From Eledone cirrhosa (lineage: Eukaryota), in NCBI GenBank assembly GCA_964016885.1, contig OZ024740.1:55862001-55926000 (forward strand): 64,000 nt of DNA, in the 5' to 3' direction. Within the stretch, counting starts at the first letter, position 1. Every line of letters begins with the position of its first letter. Positions 28,711 through 42,908 of this stretch are shown here, piece by piece. The position numbers and the translations under genes are program-made. The notes under the pieces are model-generated. The model did no database searches and had not been told where the DNA came from. It saw only the letters and a program-made list of their open reading frames with translations.

Positions 28711-28860
28711 ATAATTGTTTCTACTTTTGGTACAAGGCCAGCAATTTCCCAGTGTATTACTGGTACTTTATTTTATCGACCTCGTAAGGATGAAAGGCAA
28801 AGTTAACCTCGGTGGGATTTGAACTCAGAATGGCAAGGGCTATAACTCTATGCATCAAAG
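28711..28860 (-). mobile_element. SINE family A
   Basis: Reverse complement of the 7010-7160 region. Confidence 0.8.
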
Positions 28861-29069
28861 TAAGAACCTCACAAAAGCTACACATATATATACACATAAA
28901 TATAGATACGCGTATACATATAATGGTTCCCTTTACTCAGTCTTATTAAAGAAGCTTTTTAAATGAATTGTGTTGAATGATAGTTCAAGTTTTAAGACAT
29001 TAAATTTTGTTTACATTTACACAACTTTCTGGCCATTTAACCTTAATATTCGGGCATTTTTATTGAGAC

Positions 29070-29457
29070 AAAGGGGAAGCACGAAGCTGGCCATTGATCC
29101 CATACTCCGGCACCTTCAACAGCATGACCCAATGAAAGCGGTCATCTACCTTTTCGTGGTCTACAACACAAGAATATTCCTTTTGGCACTACTCCCATAA
29201 TTTCTCGAAGACCTACCGCAGTGTGAATATTTGGTCGACTCTGCTGCGTCCGTGGCGAAAGGCTGACTGTTTCAGTTAGCTTGGACTCGACAATCACTCC
29301 GCATATCTTTCCCAGAGGTTTAACATAAACCTTTCCGAGGCGGCTTAACAAGGAACTACCGCGGGAACTGGAACAATCTCTCATATCTCCATTTTTGAAA
29401 GTTCGGATTATCACTACCGATTGCCATTTCTTAGGTGCTCTCCCTCAATGGCCTCGA
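29070..29457 (-). pseudogene. RTE-type RT fragment
   Basis: KWQ..VII..FKNGDMRDC..RG.SLLSRLGKVY; the upstream part of the RT (GEDEFLPEMLKALNREGILWLTRV) lies on the plus strand at 30173-30286. Confidence 0.7.
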
Positions 29458-29472
29458 AACACACACACACAG

Positions 29473-29536
<64 letters not shown>

Positions 29537-29815
29537 CTTAGGGGAAGGCAACTCAGGAAACTGGGATAACTCCGATATAAAACCTGCGGCTCAGTAGCTA
29601 CCGATGATGTTGATCTTTTTTTCTTTTCGGGTTATAGCTACTGTCGTTCAGAGAGTGGGATTGGCTCAGTGCACAGTCTTTCCTCACTTAAAAAAATATC
29701 TTCACGCACAGGCATTGCTCGATAGAATTAATTAATAATTATTAACAATGGTATATCGTGCAATGGCCATACTCGATAACGAGGGGGAAGCCATCATCAT
29801 ATATATGTATATAAT

Positions 29816-29848
<33 letters not shown>

Positions 29849-29959
29849 ATATATGTATTTATATATATATAAGTATATATACATGTGTGTGTGTGTGCGT
29901 GTGTGTGTATATGTATATATATATATATAAGTATATTTACATATGTGTGTGTGTGTGTG

Positions 29960-29991
<32 letters not shown>

Positions 29992-31536
29992 AGTATATAT
30001 ACATATGTATGTGTGTGTGTGTGTATGTATATATATAAGTATATATACATGTGTGTGTGTGTGTATATGTATATATATATAAGTATATATACATGTGTGT
30101 GGGTGGGTGTGGATGTGTGTGTGCGTGTGTGTGTGTGTGTGTATGTGTGTGTGCGCGTGCGGGCGTGTGTTGCGAGGCCATTGGTGAAGATGAATTCTTG
30201 CCAGAGATGTTAAAAGCCTTGAATAGAGAAGGTATTCTCTGGCTGACTCGTGTGTACTAGGGGTCCAGTATCTCGGGAAGGGCACCTCTATAAAAATGCC
30301 TGAATATTAATGTTAAATAGCCAGAAACGTGTAAATTCAAACAAAATTTAAGGTCTTAAAACTTGAACTCTCAGTTCAACATAATTCATTTAAAAAGCCT
30401 CTTTAATAACATGGATATTCAGTGTATCGGTTTGAAAATGAATTGGTTTACGATGATTATGTAAAAGATAGAAACTGTAATATATTCATGAATGTGTAGA
30501 CTAGCGAAGGAATGAATTATTCCTGGGTTCAATTTTTGTTTCTATCGTTATCCCAAGCACTAAATTAAATAATGTGTTCCCTCGACAATACTGTAATACG
30601 ATATATTCTTACACGTTCATTATTGGTAATATATTATTTTCGCCACTACTCACTTCCTAGATAAACGAAATCGACTGTTTCCACAAAGATATCAAAATAT
30701 AAAATCATTTGCTGTTATTCGTTCCCATAAAATTATATTCATACAGATGAACTAAAAATGTGATCAAACACCTAATATCAGATAAATTCTCCTATGTCTT
30801 GAAATATAACAACATGCATGTAAGAGAATCCATCGCTTTACATCATAGCATCTATTTTAATACATTACACATCGGGGCATTTCATATTCTAATGTTACAT
30901 AACAGACTGAATATTGATATTCATATTTCATATTGTTTGTTGAAGTAGAACGTTCTCAGCGAACCGAGTACGACAATTGGTTTCGATTCCTAAAAAGAAC
31001 TATTTCACTTTTGTCGCTAATTGTCTTGAGAAAGCCATACATAATCTAAGACCCTCCAACTGCATTACCCGTATAACCGCGAGGTATACCGAATACGTGA
31101 AATATCAATATTATCTTATTCGTTTCTCTTTCTTATTTGATAATATAAATATTATAAGAAAGAAACAGTAAAGCAACGGTATAAATTCCTTGAGTTATTT
31201 TATCATTTGTCTCTTTATTTATTGCATTTAAACTTTTTCTTTTATCCTTTTATCAACAAAACGGCCACCAGTCAATTACTTGTATTGATAAATTCCAATG
31301 TTATTCCCTAATGCTACAAAATGATGAATGTTATACCAGATTAAATAATCAATACTGTAAATCCATTTTATTTTACATTAAAATTATACTGTTTATTCAA
31401 CTAACGCTGAAAAGTGATTTAATAAAATACATATTTCTTTAAAGAAGTCTTTGCATAAGTATTTATAAATAAATTAAGAACAGTATTAACGGAGTCGATC
31501 AAGTAGCAACTTTTGAACGAAGGTAAATGACTCACA

Positions 31537-31721
<185 letters not shown>

Positions 31722-33007
31722 TATATATATATATAACCTGACTTCTAGTAATGATGATAAAGTTACCTCCTTAGAGCTTCGTCGAACGGAACTAGCTACC
31801 TTAGGGCTATATTAAACACACTTGGGGAAAATGATAGACAGGTGGTCAGTTGTGGGGAAAGCTTCATAAAAGAACACCCGCCAGCTGCTATTGACATAAC
31901 ATGCTATGAATCTAAATACCCTGGGACATTAATTTTTCTTTAACTACCATCGAAATATTTGTTTTCCCATGGTCAGACTCAAGCCAGTGAAGCCAGAGTC
32001 CAGTTTATAAGCGCCTTTCTTGTTAAAGTAAATCTGATCATCTGAGAATATTTGCAATTTTTCTTTTATATCATTGACTAATACACGCAAATTTGACAGT
32101 AAATAAGTTTATCCGAATTCTGAGTGTTTCGTCTGTATAACTTGAAATACGACCGGTTCATGTAAATATTCACAACATATAAACCTCCTGGGAGAAATGG
32201 ACATATTACTGACCACTCTAAGAGATAAGAACTACGATTGCGTATCAAAGTGTCATCTTTCATAAGATGGCTGGTGAAAATTATTGAAAGAATAGGGATC
32301 TGTTGGGATTTTAATTTTGCCATTTTTTATTCCTTTCTTTCTATTTTATTTACTTATTTGTTTCTGATTATATCGAAAGTTTTGTCAACACAATAATTAT
32401 ATGAAGAAGACTGTTAGGTTTTGAGAAGCATAGTGGGTCAGTAACAATACGGACAATAACCTCTGGACGCTATGAAGCATGTGCTCGAGGCTGTAACCAA
32501 CCGAGTGTGAAATTTCCAACGCAGCCAAATGCCCCCAGGAAGTATCTTATTGAAGCTGCATCTCTGTATCTTTCGATGCTACAAGTACAAAGAAATACAA
32601 CGAGAGAGTTTCGATTCAGGGATTGCAGTCAATGATGCCATTGTAAACTTTGCAATGTAACTTCTTTACAAATAAACTAAAGACTGAAAATGTATATTCC
32701 TATTCATTGGTTGACTTGAAGCATTTAATTAGACCGATGACTAACATGTGTACTATTATTCTCGGTAAATGAACTTACTGAATATTTTGAACATCAACAC
32801 TTAGCTACCACCACTCATATATATAAAGGTAGAGTCAATCATTTTCGTCTCAATTTCATACATAAAGAAATAATACGTTTTTCTCATCTCAACTTTCCTG
32901 ATAGTGTATGCATAGTTCATGCATAAGTTAAATTGCTTAAGCTTGTTAAAAGCGGTAGTATTCTGATACGACCATTCACATTCTAAATACACATACTGTC
33001 GACGTCT

Positions 33008-33202
33008 GTCCGAATGGGTAGAGCTTCGTATAAAATTTCATTGCGGTATTTTTTCTGGCTCATAACATTCTGAGTTCAAATTCCGCCAAGTTCAACTTTG
33101 CATTCCATCCTTCCGAGATCGATAAAATTAAGTACCAGTCAAATACTGTGGTCGATTTAATTTCCAGACGTTTGATGACTGGTGCCTAAATTAGAAATCA
33201 AT
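33008..33202 (+). mobile_element. SINE related to family A
   Basis: ctgagttcaaattccgcc..tttgcattccatccttccgagatcgataaaattaagtaccag. Confidence 0.75.
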
Positions 33203-34616
33203 ATTCCTTTAGAATGACAAGATAAATAAGTCAGAATGTTAAATATATTAAAGATAATAAAGTACAGGTAACGAGTTTCTCAGATATTAAACCTCCATCA
33301 AATTTAGAAGAAATATAACTACATTAGAAATCAATATTTGTTGAATGTAGATTTTATTATTGAGGAAAAATCTATGCTCAGTGACACCTACTGTATGAAA
33401 ATTTAATAGCAAATTTTGCTAGCATATTTGACGTATAAAGCTATGCCTGCATCTACATATATAAGCAATATACTTGTGTATATGTCACACAGACACACAC
33501 ACATAAACGAATATATACCTGATCACTTGACCTAATAGAGATAGCACGAAAGAACTATCTCTTAAATAAAGAAACGGCTCATTGTATAAAGTTGTATACG
33601 GTACAAAAGTACCCGAAAACAAACGTATTTGACTGGAATGCTTTAGAATATAAGTCTGTATGCCCAGGCGTTAAACAACAACATTATATATTGGAATAGG
33701 TAGCAATTTTTACTAAAGACCTAGTAGTCAAACATTCTATCCAATATTTTCATTCTCCACATAATTCGATTATATTTTAAATCTATTGACAGGGCACTGT
33801 TATTTGAAATACAGATTTCAAATGAAGATTGTTTACTTCAAATGTGTTGTAACATGATAATAATTTTCATAACATACATATTACATGAAATACATAACAT
33901 GAAATATTTCCAAAAGAAATCACTTGAAAAATATATGTATGTTTTGGTCAAAGGAAATATTAACTGGATTTTTGCAACAGGACAAAGTATTTCTACAAAT
34001 ATTAAGGATAGATATTCAGAACTAGCAGATCCCAAAATAAAACGAACATACTCCTATAAGAATCGAAGACAAGATTAGCATTGCTCATATCCTTCGGCAA
34101 TTTTGACATCAAGTTATAAGAACAGCTGAAGATGTTCTTACTTAACGTCACGGGATTTCGTGATATTCTCTTGGAAAAGCAGACATATTTAGAGTTGAGA
34201 AAATATCAATTAAGCTGAGAAGTCATGGCGTATCGTTGATCGTATCTGAAGGTCAACATGATGATGCGCGAAAAACGCAGCAGTAAGGAAATGATAACTT
34301 ACTGTCAAATGAATCAGGCAATTACATGTTCATTAAAGTAGTTCTCATCTCTTCTATTTTCTTTCACTCCCACCTTTCTTCACCCCCCCCCCCCTCCATC
34401 TTCATATCTCAATAGCTGCCTCTCTTTACTTGTCTATCTGTCTCTCACACGCTCTTCACTATCAGCTAAATATTGTTCTGAATATGCATAAGTTACACAA
34501 ATATGACATCACATGCTTATATATTAATTACCTTTAGCACATACTTATCACCTAATTCAAAGGTGTATTATGTATTTGAATAACCAGTGAATATATGCAT
34601 ATATTCAACGGTCAAA

Positions 34617-34676
<60 letters not shown>

Positions 34677-34681
<5 letters not shown>

Positions 34682-34984
34682 TAAAACATGTCTATAGAAT
34701 CACAAGATAAAATATATACAATTTCCTATTTTCTCCTAGTATATTTAACACCTAATTCTGTTTAATTGACTGTATCTGGGCGATTACGCTGTCGAAATAT
34801 TCGATAAATATTCCGTTGCGGCCGACGCGAAGGGCTAGTTTCGGTTATTTGTTGGAGATTTCTTCATAGAAGCCTCATTCTTATAGCCTGGTCTATTCGA
34901 TTTTTTATATAGTTAATTATGCTAATTGGGAGAGGAAATGGTATATATTTTATCTTGTGATTCTATAGACATGTTTTATGATAT
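34677..34984. repeat. Mini-element with ~50 bp terminal inverted repeats, adjoining (TA)n
   Basis: tatcataaaacatgtctatagaatcacaagataaaatatatac and its reverse complement at 34941-34984. Confidence 0.85.
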
Positions 34985-35081
34985 ATAGCTCTGATTATTT
35001 AATTTATTAAATTTTCATTGAGCCACAAAGTGACCCGTTGCAAAACACGTATATGTATATATATGTATATATATATGTAAA

Positions 35082-35169
<88 letters not shown>

Positions 35170-35187
35170 AGAAATGACACACGAGTT

Positions 35188-35380
35188 GATATATATAATA
35201 ATAAAAAAGGAAAAACAGTAGTAAAAATGGTAATGGGATTTTCTCATATAATAACAGCAAAACAATTATTTACAAAAAGGGAATTTATTGTACCGGTTTC
35301 GGCCAAGGGTTGTTGGGCTTCTTCATGCTATGGAAGTGTATAATAAAATTTATAATGGAGTTAAGTTGTGTATTGAAAAG
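35188..35380 (-). repeat. Inverted pLTR-like copy with a degenerate hammerhead (35288-35330); partner at 42228-42390
   Basis: Minus strand: ATGAAGA-aGCC..GGCc-GAAACCGGTA; reverse-complement similarity to 42228-42390. Confidence 0.75.
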
Positions 35381-35855
35381 AATATGGTATAAAACAACGT
35401 GGTTTACATACATAGAAGAGTTCACATTTTTGTTTAACGCTTTCTCTCTTTCTTTCCTCACTGCAGCAGTGGTAGTGAAAGTAGCAGATGGAGGAGAACC
35501 GGCTCGTTCTATCTACTTGGTGTTGACCTCTACTGTAGTGGTAGAAAGAATAATAATAATAATAATAATAATAATGATTTCATTTATTGACCACAAGGGC
35601 CGACATATAGGGGACAATACAAAAGACTGGGACAGTGGGGTTTTACAGAAAAATCGAGTAAACAATATGAATAACAATAACAAAGTAACAATAACAAAGT
35701 AACAATAAAGTAACAATAAAATTACAACAAGAAAAAATTCCCCAATAGGGGGGATGACCACCTAGGGTTCGCTCAGGTACCCCACCAGTCCTGAACGACC
35801 CGACGCTTCGAGAGCACCCTGGAAGGGCACCCCTCTCCACTTCAAATTTACCTAC

Positions 35856-38287
35856 CTACAGCCGCATGACCAGAGTAGGCCCACTCACACGGGCCATTCT
35901 CGCCACATTCACCCACCTTTCAGCAAATGTACTGGGGGCAATATTTCTCTCTCCACCCTCACCTTCCTTTCCAAGTGAAACTTGAAAAAGTTGATGAGGG
36001 ATTGGCCGAAGAGAAAAGTGTCTGTCTTCAGTCCTTTCAACCTCGTCCACCATACAACCTCTTTCGCTACTGCCACCAGACAGAGGAAAATTGCCTGCCC
36101 TTCCTTGCCAAAAGAAGGCGGCGGGTCGATCTTCACTATGGACTAGGCCGATAGCCGGATCCGTTGTACAAGCGACAACAGCTGTTCAACATAACTCCAC
36201 AAGTCAGTAATGCACGGACACTGGACGAGTGCGTGCATAACGGTTTCGTCGCTCTGCTCGCATCTCGGGCAGGTCCGTCTGACAGCACTTCCGTGCCTGT
36301 AGAGTTTATCTCGAACCGGCAGTGCCCCCCGGTAGCACTGCCAAGTGAGGGATTTTGGGAAATTATCCATCGTCCCCGGCTCGAAAGTCCTCCGGTACAG
36401 ACTGGTTAGTTCGACTCCGTTGACTCCCAGAGCCTCTCCGAGTGCGTCGTCGCACTTGCCCTCTATAGAACTCGAGAGTGGAAATTCCACTGACCGCATT
36501 GCCCGCCTGGTAGAGGGCAGTGAGTGCCTGGCAACATTCCAGATGCCAGTCACCCAGTCTCGGTCTCTTCTTGACCCTCTCTATGATGTATCGCATTAGG
36601 TGGAGGTTGTCGTGTATGGACCTGGTTGGGGTTGCGCAAGTTTGCGCCTCCCCAACCAAGTCCTCGACGACAAGCGCCAACCTCTTCGCTAACACCCTGG
36701 CCAAAATCTTAAACTCTGTTGAGCAGAGTTATGGGCCTAAAATTGTCTAATGTGTCCCTCTTGTTCTCGTATTTCCTTATCAGTGTCACTACGCCCCGGC
36801 TCACAGAACTGGGAATACTCCCGTTTTGCTGCCAGTTGCAGTAGAGGGCTTCGAGGAGATTGGAGAACAAGTCTGGCATATTTACGTAAAGCTCGTAGGG
36901 AGACCATCCAAACCGGGTGACTTGCGCCTCATGTAACCGACAAGGGCATCCTGAATCTCGGCTGAAGTAATTGGCCTTTCGCAGCGCCCAGCGTCAGCCG
37001 TCGAGAGTTGATGCAAGCCATCGAGGTAGGGACTGAAGTCCACCACCATCTCTGACCCGCCACTTCCCCCGAACAGCCGAGCAAAATGTTGGCGAAAGGC
37101 CTCACACATCCTCTTGGAATCGTTCAGCTCGTGTCCGTCTCGGTCCGTCAAAGACCGAATCGTGGTTTTATTTCCACGCTGCGCCTCTGCCACGCGGGCC
37201 CATCGAACAGCTTTGATTCCCTCGTTTCTCAGAGCACGCGCCTTAGCTCTGACAATGCAACCTTCGTGTTTCGCATTGAAGAAAGGGTCTAATGCCATTC
37301 TTGCCGCTAGCACATCAGTTGCAATGCCACTACCAATAGCCTCGTCTAACTTATCTACCAACTCCCCCTCCTTTCTATTTTTCTCTAATGCTACTTCTTT
37401 GCTAAACTCTATCGACATTACTCTAATCTCTCTTTTGAGAGCCCCCCACCATCTATTGTTGACGACTCCCCTGTCAACTTTTTCTTAACTAAATTGTTGA
37501 CCTGGTCCCTGTAGGCCTTATGTGCCGGAAATGACATGTTTAGCTTCCAGTAACCAGGTCCTAACCTACGCGTCTTATCTAGGTCGACCATACAGATCAC
37601 AAACTTGTGATCTGAATAGGCGACCGTTTCAAAACGTGGACAGCTTACACTATTTTTGTCTATTTTCCTAATGAATATCCTGTCTATATACGATCTAGAT
37701 GACCCTATGCGGTTAGCCCAGGTCCACACTGGCGCATTAGGGAAATCTAGTCGGTACCTGTCAGACAGTTGGAACTGGCTGATCAGGTTATTGAGGCTTT
37801 TGCACCCCCCGCTCCTATCGGATACTCCCACACAGTCGCAGCGTGCGTCTAAGATGCCGTTCCAGTCCCCCGCTAAGAGTCAAGGGTGAGACGTACCCAG
37901 AAAGGCTTCCAGGCGTCTAAAGAAGTCCGACCGTCCTGCCCCACTAGGAGCATTGACGGCCACCAGTCTAAAGGCACCACCTTCATTATTGTTCACGTCC
38001 AGGACCACCAACTTCCCGTCCGGGTCCCGGAAGACGGACCTTACCTCGAGATCCAGGCCTTTCCTAAACAGCACTTCCACCCCGCCTCCCATTCCCGGCC
38101 GGCTAACAGATGCAAAGATCTGATAGTCGTCGAAAATGGGGGCTAGTGCGCGCGTGTCGGAAATCCTGGTCTCGCTGACTGCAATTACATCCATTTCTAT
38201 AGATCTGAGGTCGTTGAGCAGGTGACCCTGCTTCCAGGACGATCCCAGGCCTCGAACATTTAAACATCCTACTCTTAATACGGCCAT
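35856..38287 (-). pseudogene. LINE ORF2: apurinic endonuclease, partial RT and C-terminal zinc finger (frameshifted)
   Basis: CLNVRGL, VSET, SYIDRIF, SDHK; KSPGLDGLP; AQTCA..RSIHDNLHLMR; CPRCEQSDETVMHALVQC. Confidence 0.9.
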
Positions 38288-38318
38288 GTTGACAGGTTAA
38301 ACAGAGAGAGAGGAAGGT

Positions 38319-40142
38319 TTACTTACCTTCCGGGCTCTTGTGAAGGTCGGGTTGTTCGACCTCCATAGTTAGTGGGATTTCTTTTGGGAACCCCTTTAAA
38401 AGTCTTGAAGTGGGTTTTACGTTCGGGGTTCCCACGTCCCGAGGAAAGCTGTCTCGTATTTCTTTGAATATGTCGAGCGACATTCGCACCAGAACCAAAT
38501 CTTCCGGCACGCGAAATGGGCTCGATTTAAACATTTTCCCCTCTTTTTGTATATTTTCACTTCGTGCTACGAGGGCCATCAGATCCTCCTGACGAGCACG
38601 AAGTTTTGTATGTTTTGTTGGTGTGATTTTATTTGTTTGCGTGGCTGTGGCGGTGATGGTTTTGGTGGTATTGTTTCGGTTGTATCTGTGTTTGTTGTGA
38701 GTGCGGTGTCTGTGGTTTCAGATGTTTGTGTGTATATTTGTTCTTGCGTCTGTTTCGGTTGTTTGCGTTTGGAGGATTCTGGTGATGGTGATAGTGGTGT
38801 TGATGTTGGTGTTATTGGAGAGATGTTTGCGTGGGTGGTGTCTGCGTTTTTATTGTGGGTGCTTTTGTGCTTTGTTGATTTTTTTTTTTTTTTGTTTGAC
38901 AGATTTCCTCGTTTCCCCCCTGGGTGGTCAATGTTGGTGGTGGTCTTTCTATTGGTGTTGTTGTTGGTGGTTTTGCCGGTGCTGGTGTTGGTTGTGGTCC
39001 TCGCCCAGACGTCGACAGCAGTGGAGCCTTTCGTCTCCTTGCATCTTTCAGCAGTTGAAGGCAGAAGGCTCGCAAATGGGTTTTTTCCCCACAAACAAAA
39101 CACTGCGGCCTTTTTCCTTCGGTCATAATGTGAATGACCGTCCCATTCTGAAGGCGGATGTGGTCCGGGATTGTCTTCACATTCTCGGGCCTGATCTGGA
39201 GAAGGATCTCCTGGTCAACCCCGGACCAGTCTTCTCTGGCCGTTCTGGTCACTTCTATAGGGACTGTATCCGTCCCCTCCACAATCACAAATCCCAGAAG
39301 CCACCACATGTCAAGTCCTGGTGGGATTCTGGGAATGCGGAGACGGGCCGTTCTTTTTCACATGTGGGAGGGGTACATTATGACCTTGCTGGTTTTGCAA
39401 GGAGTTATAGCGTGTTTCATAGCGAGGGCTTCTGACTTGAACAACACCGAAATGGTGCCGTACTGTCTGCCCCTCTCTATGTACTGGGTGTTTTCTCTGA
39501 TGCACCTCAGCGCGACTTCGACATCTTCTTGTGGGATTAAAGCTGCCCTTTTGGTTTGTGCTGAGATGCATCTATAATGCACTGTTTTGCGCTCCACTGC
39601 CTCAATAGCTTCTACCGGGACAGTTAAGTTGGCCCAAGTTTGCTCTTGCTTGATGAGCTTCCATGCCTGGACCAACTTTTCATCTTTGTTTGAGAGGTCC
39701 ATGTTGAAGCATGGCCTCTTTTTTGCTGCTGCCGCAGCGAAAGTGTTCTTCTTGTTTTCGTTGGTGGTTTTGTTGTCGTTGTTCTTGTTGGTGTTGTTGT
39801 TAGCACTGTCGCTGTTATCATTGTTGTCTTTGTTGCCACCGTTGTTCTCGGTGCAGTTGGTATTGTTGCTGTTGGTGTTGTCGCTATTTGTTTTCATGTT
39901 AGTGGTATTGATATTGTTGTTGTATTTGTTTTGTTTTTTTTTGTTATCTGTATTTTCGTTGTCGCTGTTACTGTCATTTTTTTCAAAATTAGTGATCTTA
40001 TTGGTATCATTGGTGTCTTTGTTTACCTTGTTTGTGGTGGTGTTTGTGTTATCAATGTGTGTTAATTTCGCTGTAGCGCTCCTCTCAAATTCTACGTCGT
40101 TGTTGCACGACAGCCGACATATCGCTGGGAGGCTCAGCCATG
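38319..40142 (-). pseudogene. LINE ORF1 (frameshifted)
   Basis: Low-complexity N-terminus, RRM-like QYIERGRQYGTISVLF region, zinc knuckle EGKRPQCFVCGEKTHLRAFC. Confidence 0.8.
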
Positions 40143-40547
40143 TTTTTTTTTTTTCGTAAATTTTTTAACATGTAAAAATAAGTTCAAATATTTGGGCCAA
40201 ATAAGTTCAAATATTTGGGCCAAAAGGCCCAAATATTATACTTTCCCCTTCACGGGGCAAAGTCTAAGGGCTTATATCCCTTACACAACAAGAAATATTT
40301 AACAACAAATAATTTTAACAGGGAAATAAAGCGACTTACTGTGAGCGAGCAAAATACGTCCGCTTAGACCAATAATAATAAGAAGTAGAAGAAGAAGGAG
40401 GAGGAGCAGGAAGAAAAGAAGAAGAAGAAGAAGAAGAAGGAGGAGGAGGGGGAGGAGGAGGAGGAGGAGGAGGAGGAGGAGGAGGAGGAGGAGAAGAAGA
40501 AGAAGAAGAAGAAGAAGAAGAAGAAGAAGAAGAGTTATGACAAAGAA

Positions 40548-40730
40548 GGAAGGGAATACAGAAAACTTGCACTGAGTGAACACATTTCCACCTGCGCCTA
40601 ATGAAGAACCCAATTTCAAAATTCTTCCCCTCTACAAATTAAAGGCAACGCTTCCTACATTCAGCGTATCAACAAAGAATCACACTTTATCACTTTATCA
40701 CAAAATATGAGCCCCTTTTAAATGCATCAA
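40548..40730 (+). pseudogene. Decayed PLE GIY-YIG C-terminus (not Naiad; possibly Neptune-like)
   Basis: Manual translation across frameshifts: EYRKLALSEHISTCA..PNFKILPLYK..QRINKESHFI..KYEPLLN. Confidence 0.6.
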
Positions 40731-41387
40731 CCACAGACGAAACTAAAACTAGCACTCAACCTTAACATCCACCAATGGACGAATTAAGAAATATAGCATT
40801 TCCTTCAGAAATACTAAGGAAACAATCACATTTCTTTAGAAACAATCACACTTCAGGTCAATTTTTGACACCAATGGACAAACTAACAATGCCAGAATTA
40901 CCGACAGAAATATTAAGATAGATATATTTACAAACAATTACTCCCTCAGACAATTTTAAATTCACTACACCATTTAGGCCAGTCCCATGGACAGCTCCAT
41001 TTACTGCTATTAATAGTGATACTGTTACTACCACACATCCCCACCATCTCCTTCTGCTTCGCTCACCCCTCCTTGGCCTTTCCCTTCCTTCTTGGCTATA
41101 ACCCTATTATTACTACCACACCACTCCCTTCTTCTTCTTCTTCTTTTTCTTATTATTATTCTTATTCTTCTTATTATTATTATTACAGTTGCATTTATCT
41201 TGCTTTATGTGCATACGAGTTATCACCAAGTCACAACCAGTGACCTCAAGAGACAACAAGGTCCGCCATGTTCAAGAAAGAACATACATATTCACACATG
41301 CATCTTTAGTGTTTAGACTTGTGATGTACTTATATTGACAGAATCTTCCTTAGTATATGGGCAGTTCCCATTATTATTATTATTATT

Positions 41388-42194
41388 GATTTTCGTCGAC
41401 GCCTATCTCTTCGGAAGGACTTTCGGGCCGGGGCCTATGGACAACTTCCAGAAATCCCTGGCCTGGCAGTGCTACCGGGGTGCTTTGCCAGTTCGGGATA
41501 AACTTTACAGGCATGGAGGTGCCGTCAGCCGGGCATGTCCGAGATGCGCACAGGGCGACGAAACCGTCCTGCACGTACTCGTCCAGTGTCCGAGCATTGC
41601 TGACTTGTGGGTTTATGTCGAACACCTGCTGTCACGTGTAGGACGGATCCAGCTATCAGCTGAGTCCATCGTGAGGATTGCCCCGCCCTCTTCCTTTAGC
41701 CGGGAAGGGCAGGCAGTTTTTATCTGTCTGGTGGCCATGGCGAAAGAGATAGTATGGTGGACACGTTTGAAAGGGCTGAAGACTAGCACTTACCTCTTCG
41801 GTGATGCCCTGATTAACTTTTTCAAATTTCATCTGAAAAGGAAAATCAGGGTAGAGAGGGAAGTGCTCTCTTCCCAGCATTTTGTTGAAAGATGGGTGAG
41901 AGAAGCAAGTATGGCCCGAATGAATGGGCCTTCTCTGAGTATGTGTCTGTAAATTAAAGGTGCAAAACTGGGAGAGGGCACTTGCCCTGGTGGTCAGGGC
42001 CACTGTGGTCTTTTAATGGGCTTTCTCCACAAATGTCCCTCGGAAGTCTCCCCCCTATTGGGGAATTTTTCTTTGTTATTTTATTTCATCCTCTGTTTTT
42101 TTACACGCAGAAATGCCCATTTGTACCGTCCTGTATTGTCCTGTACTGTCCTTAATGTCTACTTTATGTAAACCCTTGTGGTTAATAAAGAAAA

Positions 42195-42197
<3 letters not shown>
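41388..42197 (+). mobile_element. L1/Tx1-type LINE 3' fragment in (ATT)n
   Basis: MDNFQKSLAWQCYRGALPVRDKL..CPRCAQGDETVLHVLVQC; (ATT)n on both flanks. Confidence 0.9.
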
Positions 42198-42231
<34 letters not shown>

Positions 42232-42404
42232 ATACAAATTAACTCCATTATAAATGTTATGATACACTTACATGAAGAAGCCCAACAACCGGTACGATAA
42301 ATTCCGCCTTTGTAAATAAATGTTTTGCTGTTATTCTATGAGAAAATCCCATTAGCATTTTCTACTGTTTTTCTTTTTTTTACTATTATATATATATATA
42401 TATA

Positions 42405-42847
42405 AATTTTGAGTATATGTTGGTTGTATACCAACACCTCAGTATGCAGATTGGAGCACTTGACGAAGTGCGCAGGTTGGTTTAGTTACTCCGGAGTAAT
42501 GTAAAATAAAATAAAATAAATAAGTCAAATGTTTAAAATTTAGCTTCGTTTATTACTGCTATATATATTTCGGTAACAGTCATCTTTGGCTGTGACCTCT
42601 TCAAGCAGTCCGAATTAGTGTGGTAGAGACGAGTACACGTGTTCTGGAGGTGTTTAACTTTGTCAATACTCTGATATGCCCAGTTCCTGGTTGGGTTTTT
42701 ATTTCACTGAGGAACTGAAATAGCCGTCGAAACGGCTTGAGCTCTGCCGTCGGGGTCATAATTTTTCCTATTTCCCACTCTACTATCCTAAGTATTGAGT
42801 ACTCTGGTGCGTTATGGTCCATCTGGTTCCTTACCACAATTCCTTTG

Positions 42848-42849
<2 letters not shown>
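42405..42849 (-). mobile_element. Non-coding hammerhead-bearing mini-element, family H (other copies 43036-43217, 44520-44770, 46545-46702, 47287-47465)
   Basis: Shared agccgtcgaaacggct hairpin and agagtactcaatacttagg blocks; (TA)n flanks. Confidence 0.85.
42556..42608 (-). ncRNA. Minimal hammerhead ribozyme motif (family H)
   Basis: CTGC-TTGAAGA-GGTCACAG..CTGTTACC-GAAA-TATATA-TA-GCAG. Confidence 0.8.

Positions 42850-42908
<59 letters not shown>

Larger units (their letters stand above)
35574..40290 (-). mobile_element. L1/Tx1-type LINE with both ends present, ORF1 and ORF2, RT core deleted
   Basis: 5' UTR, N/T-rich ORF1, APE, RT N-terminus, CCHC region, 3' UTR abutting (AAT)n. Confidence 0.9.
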
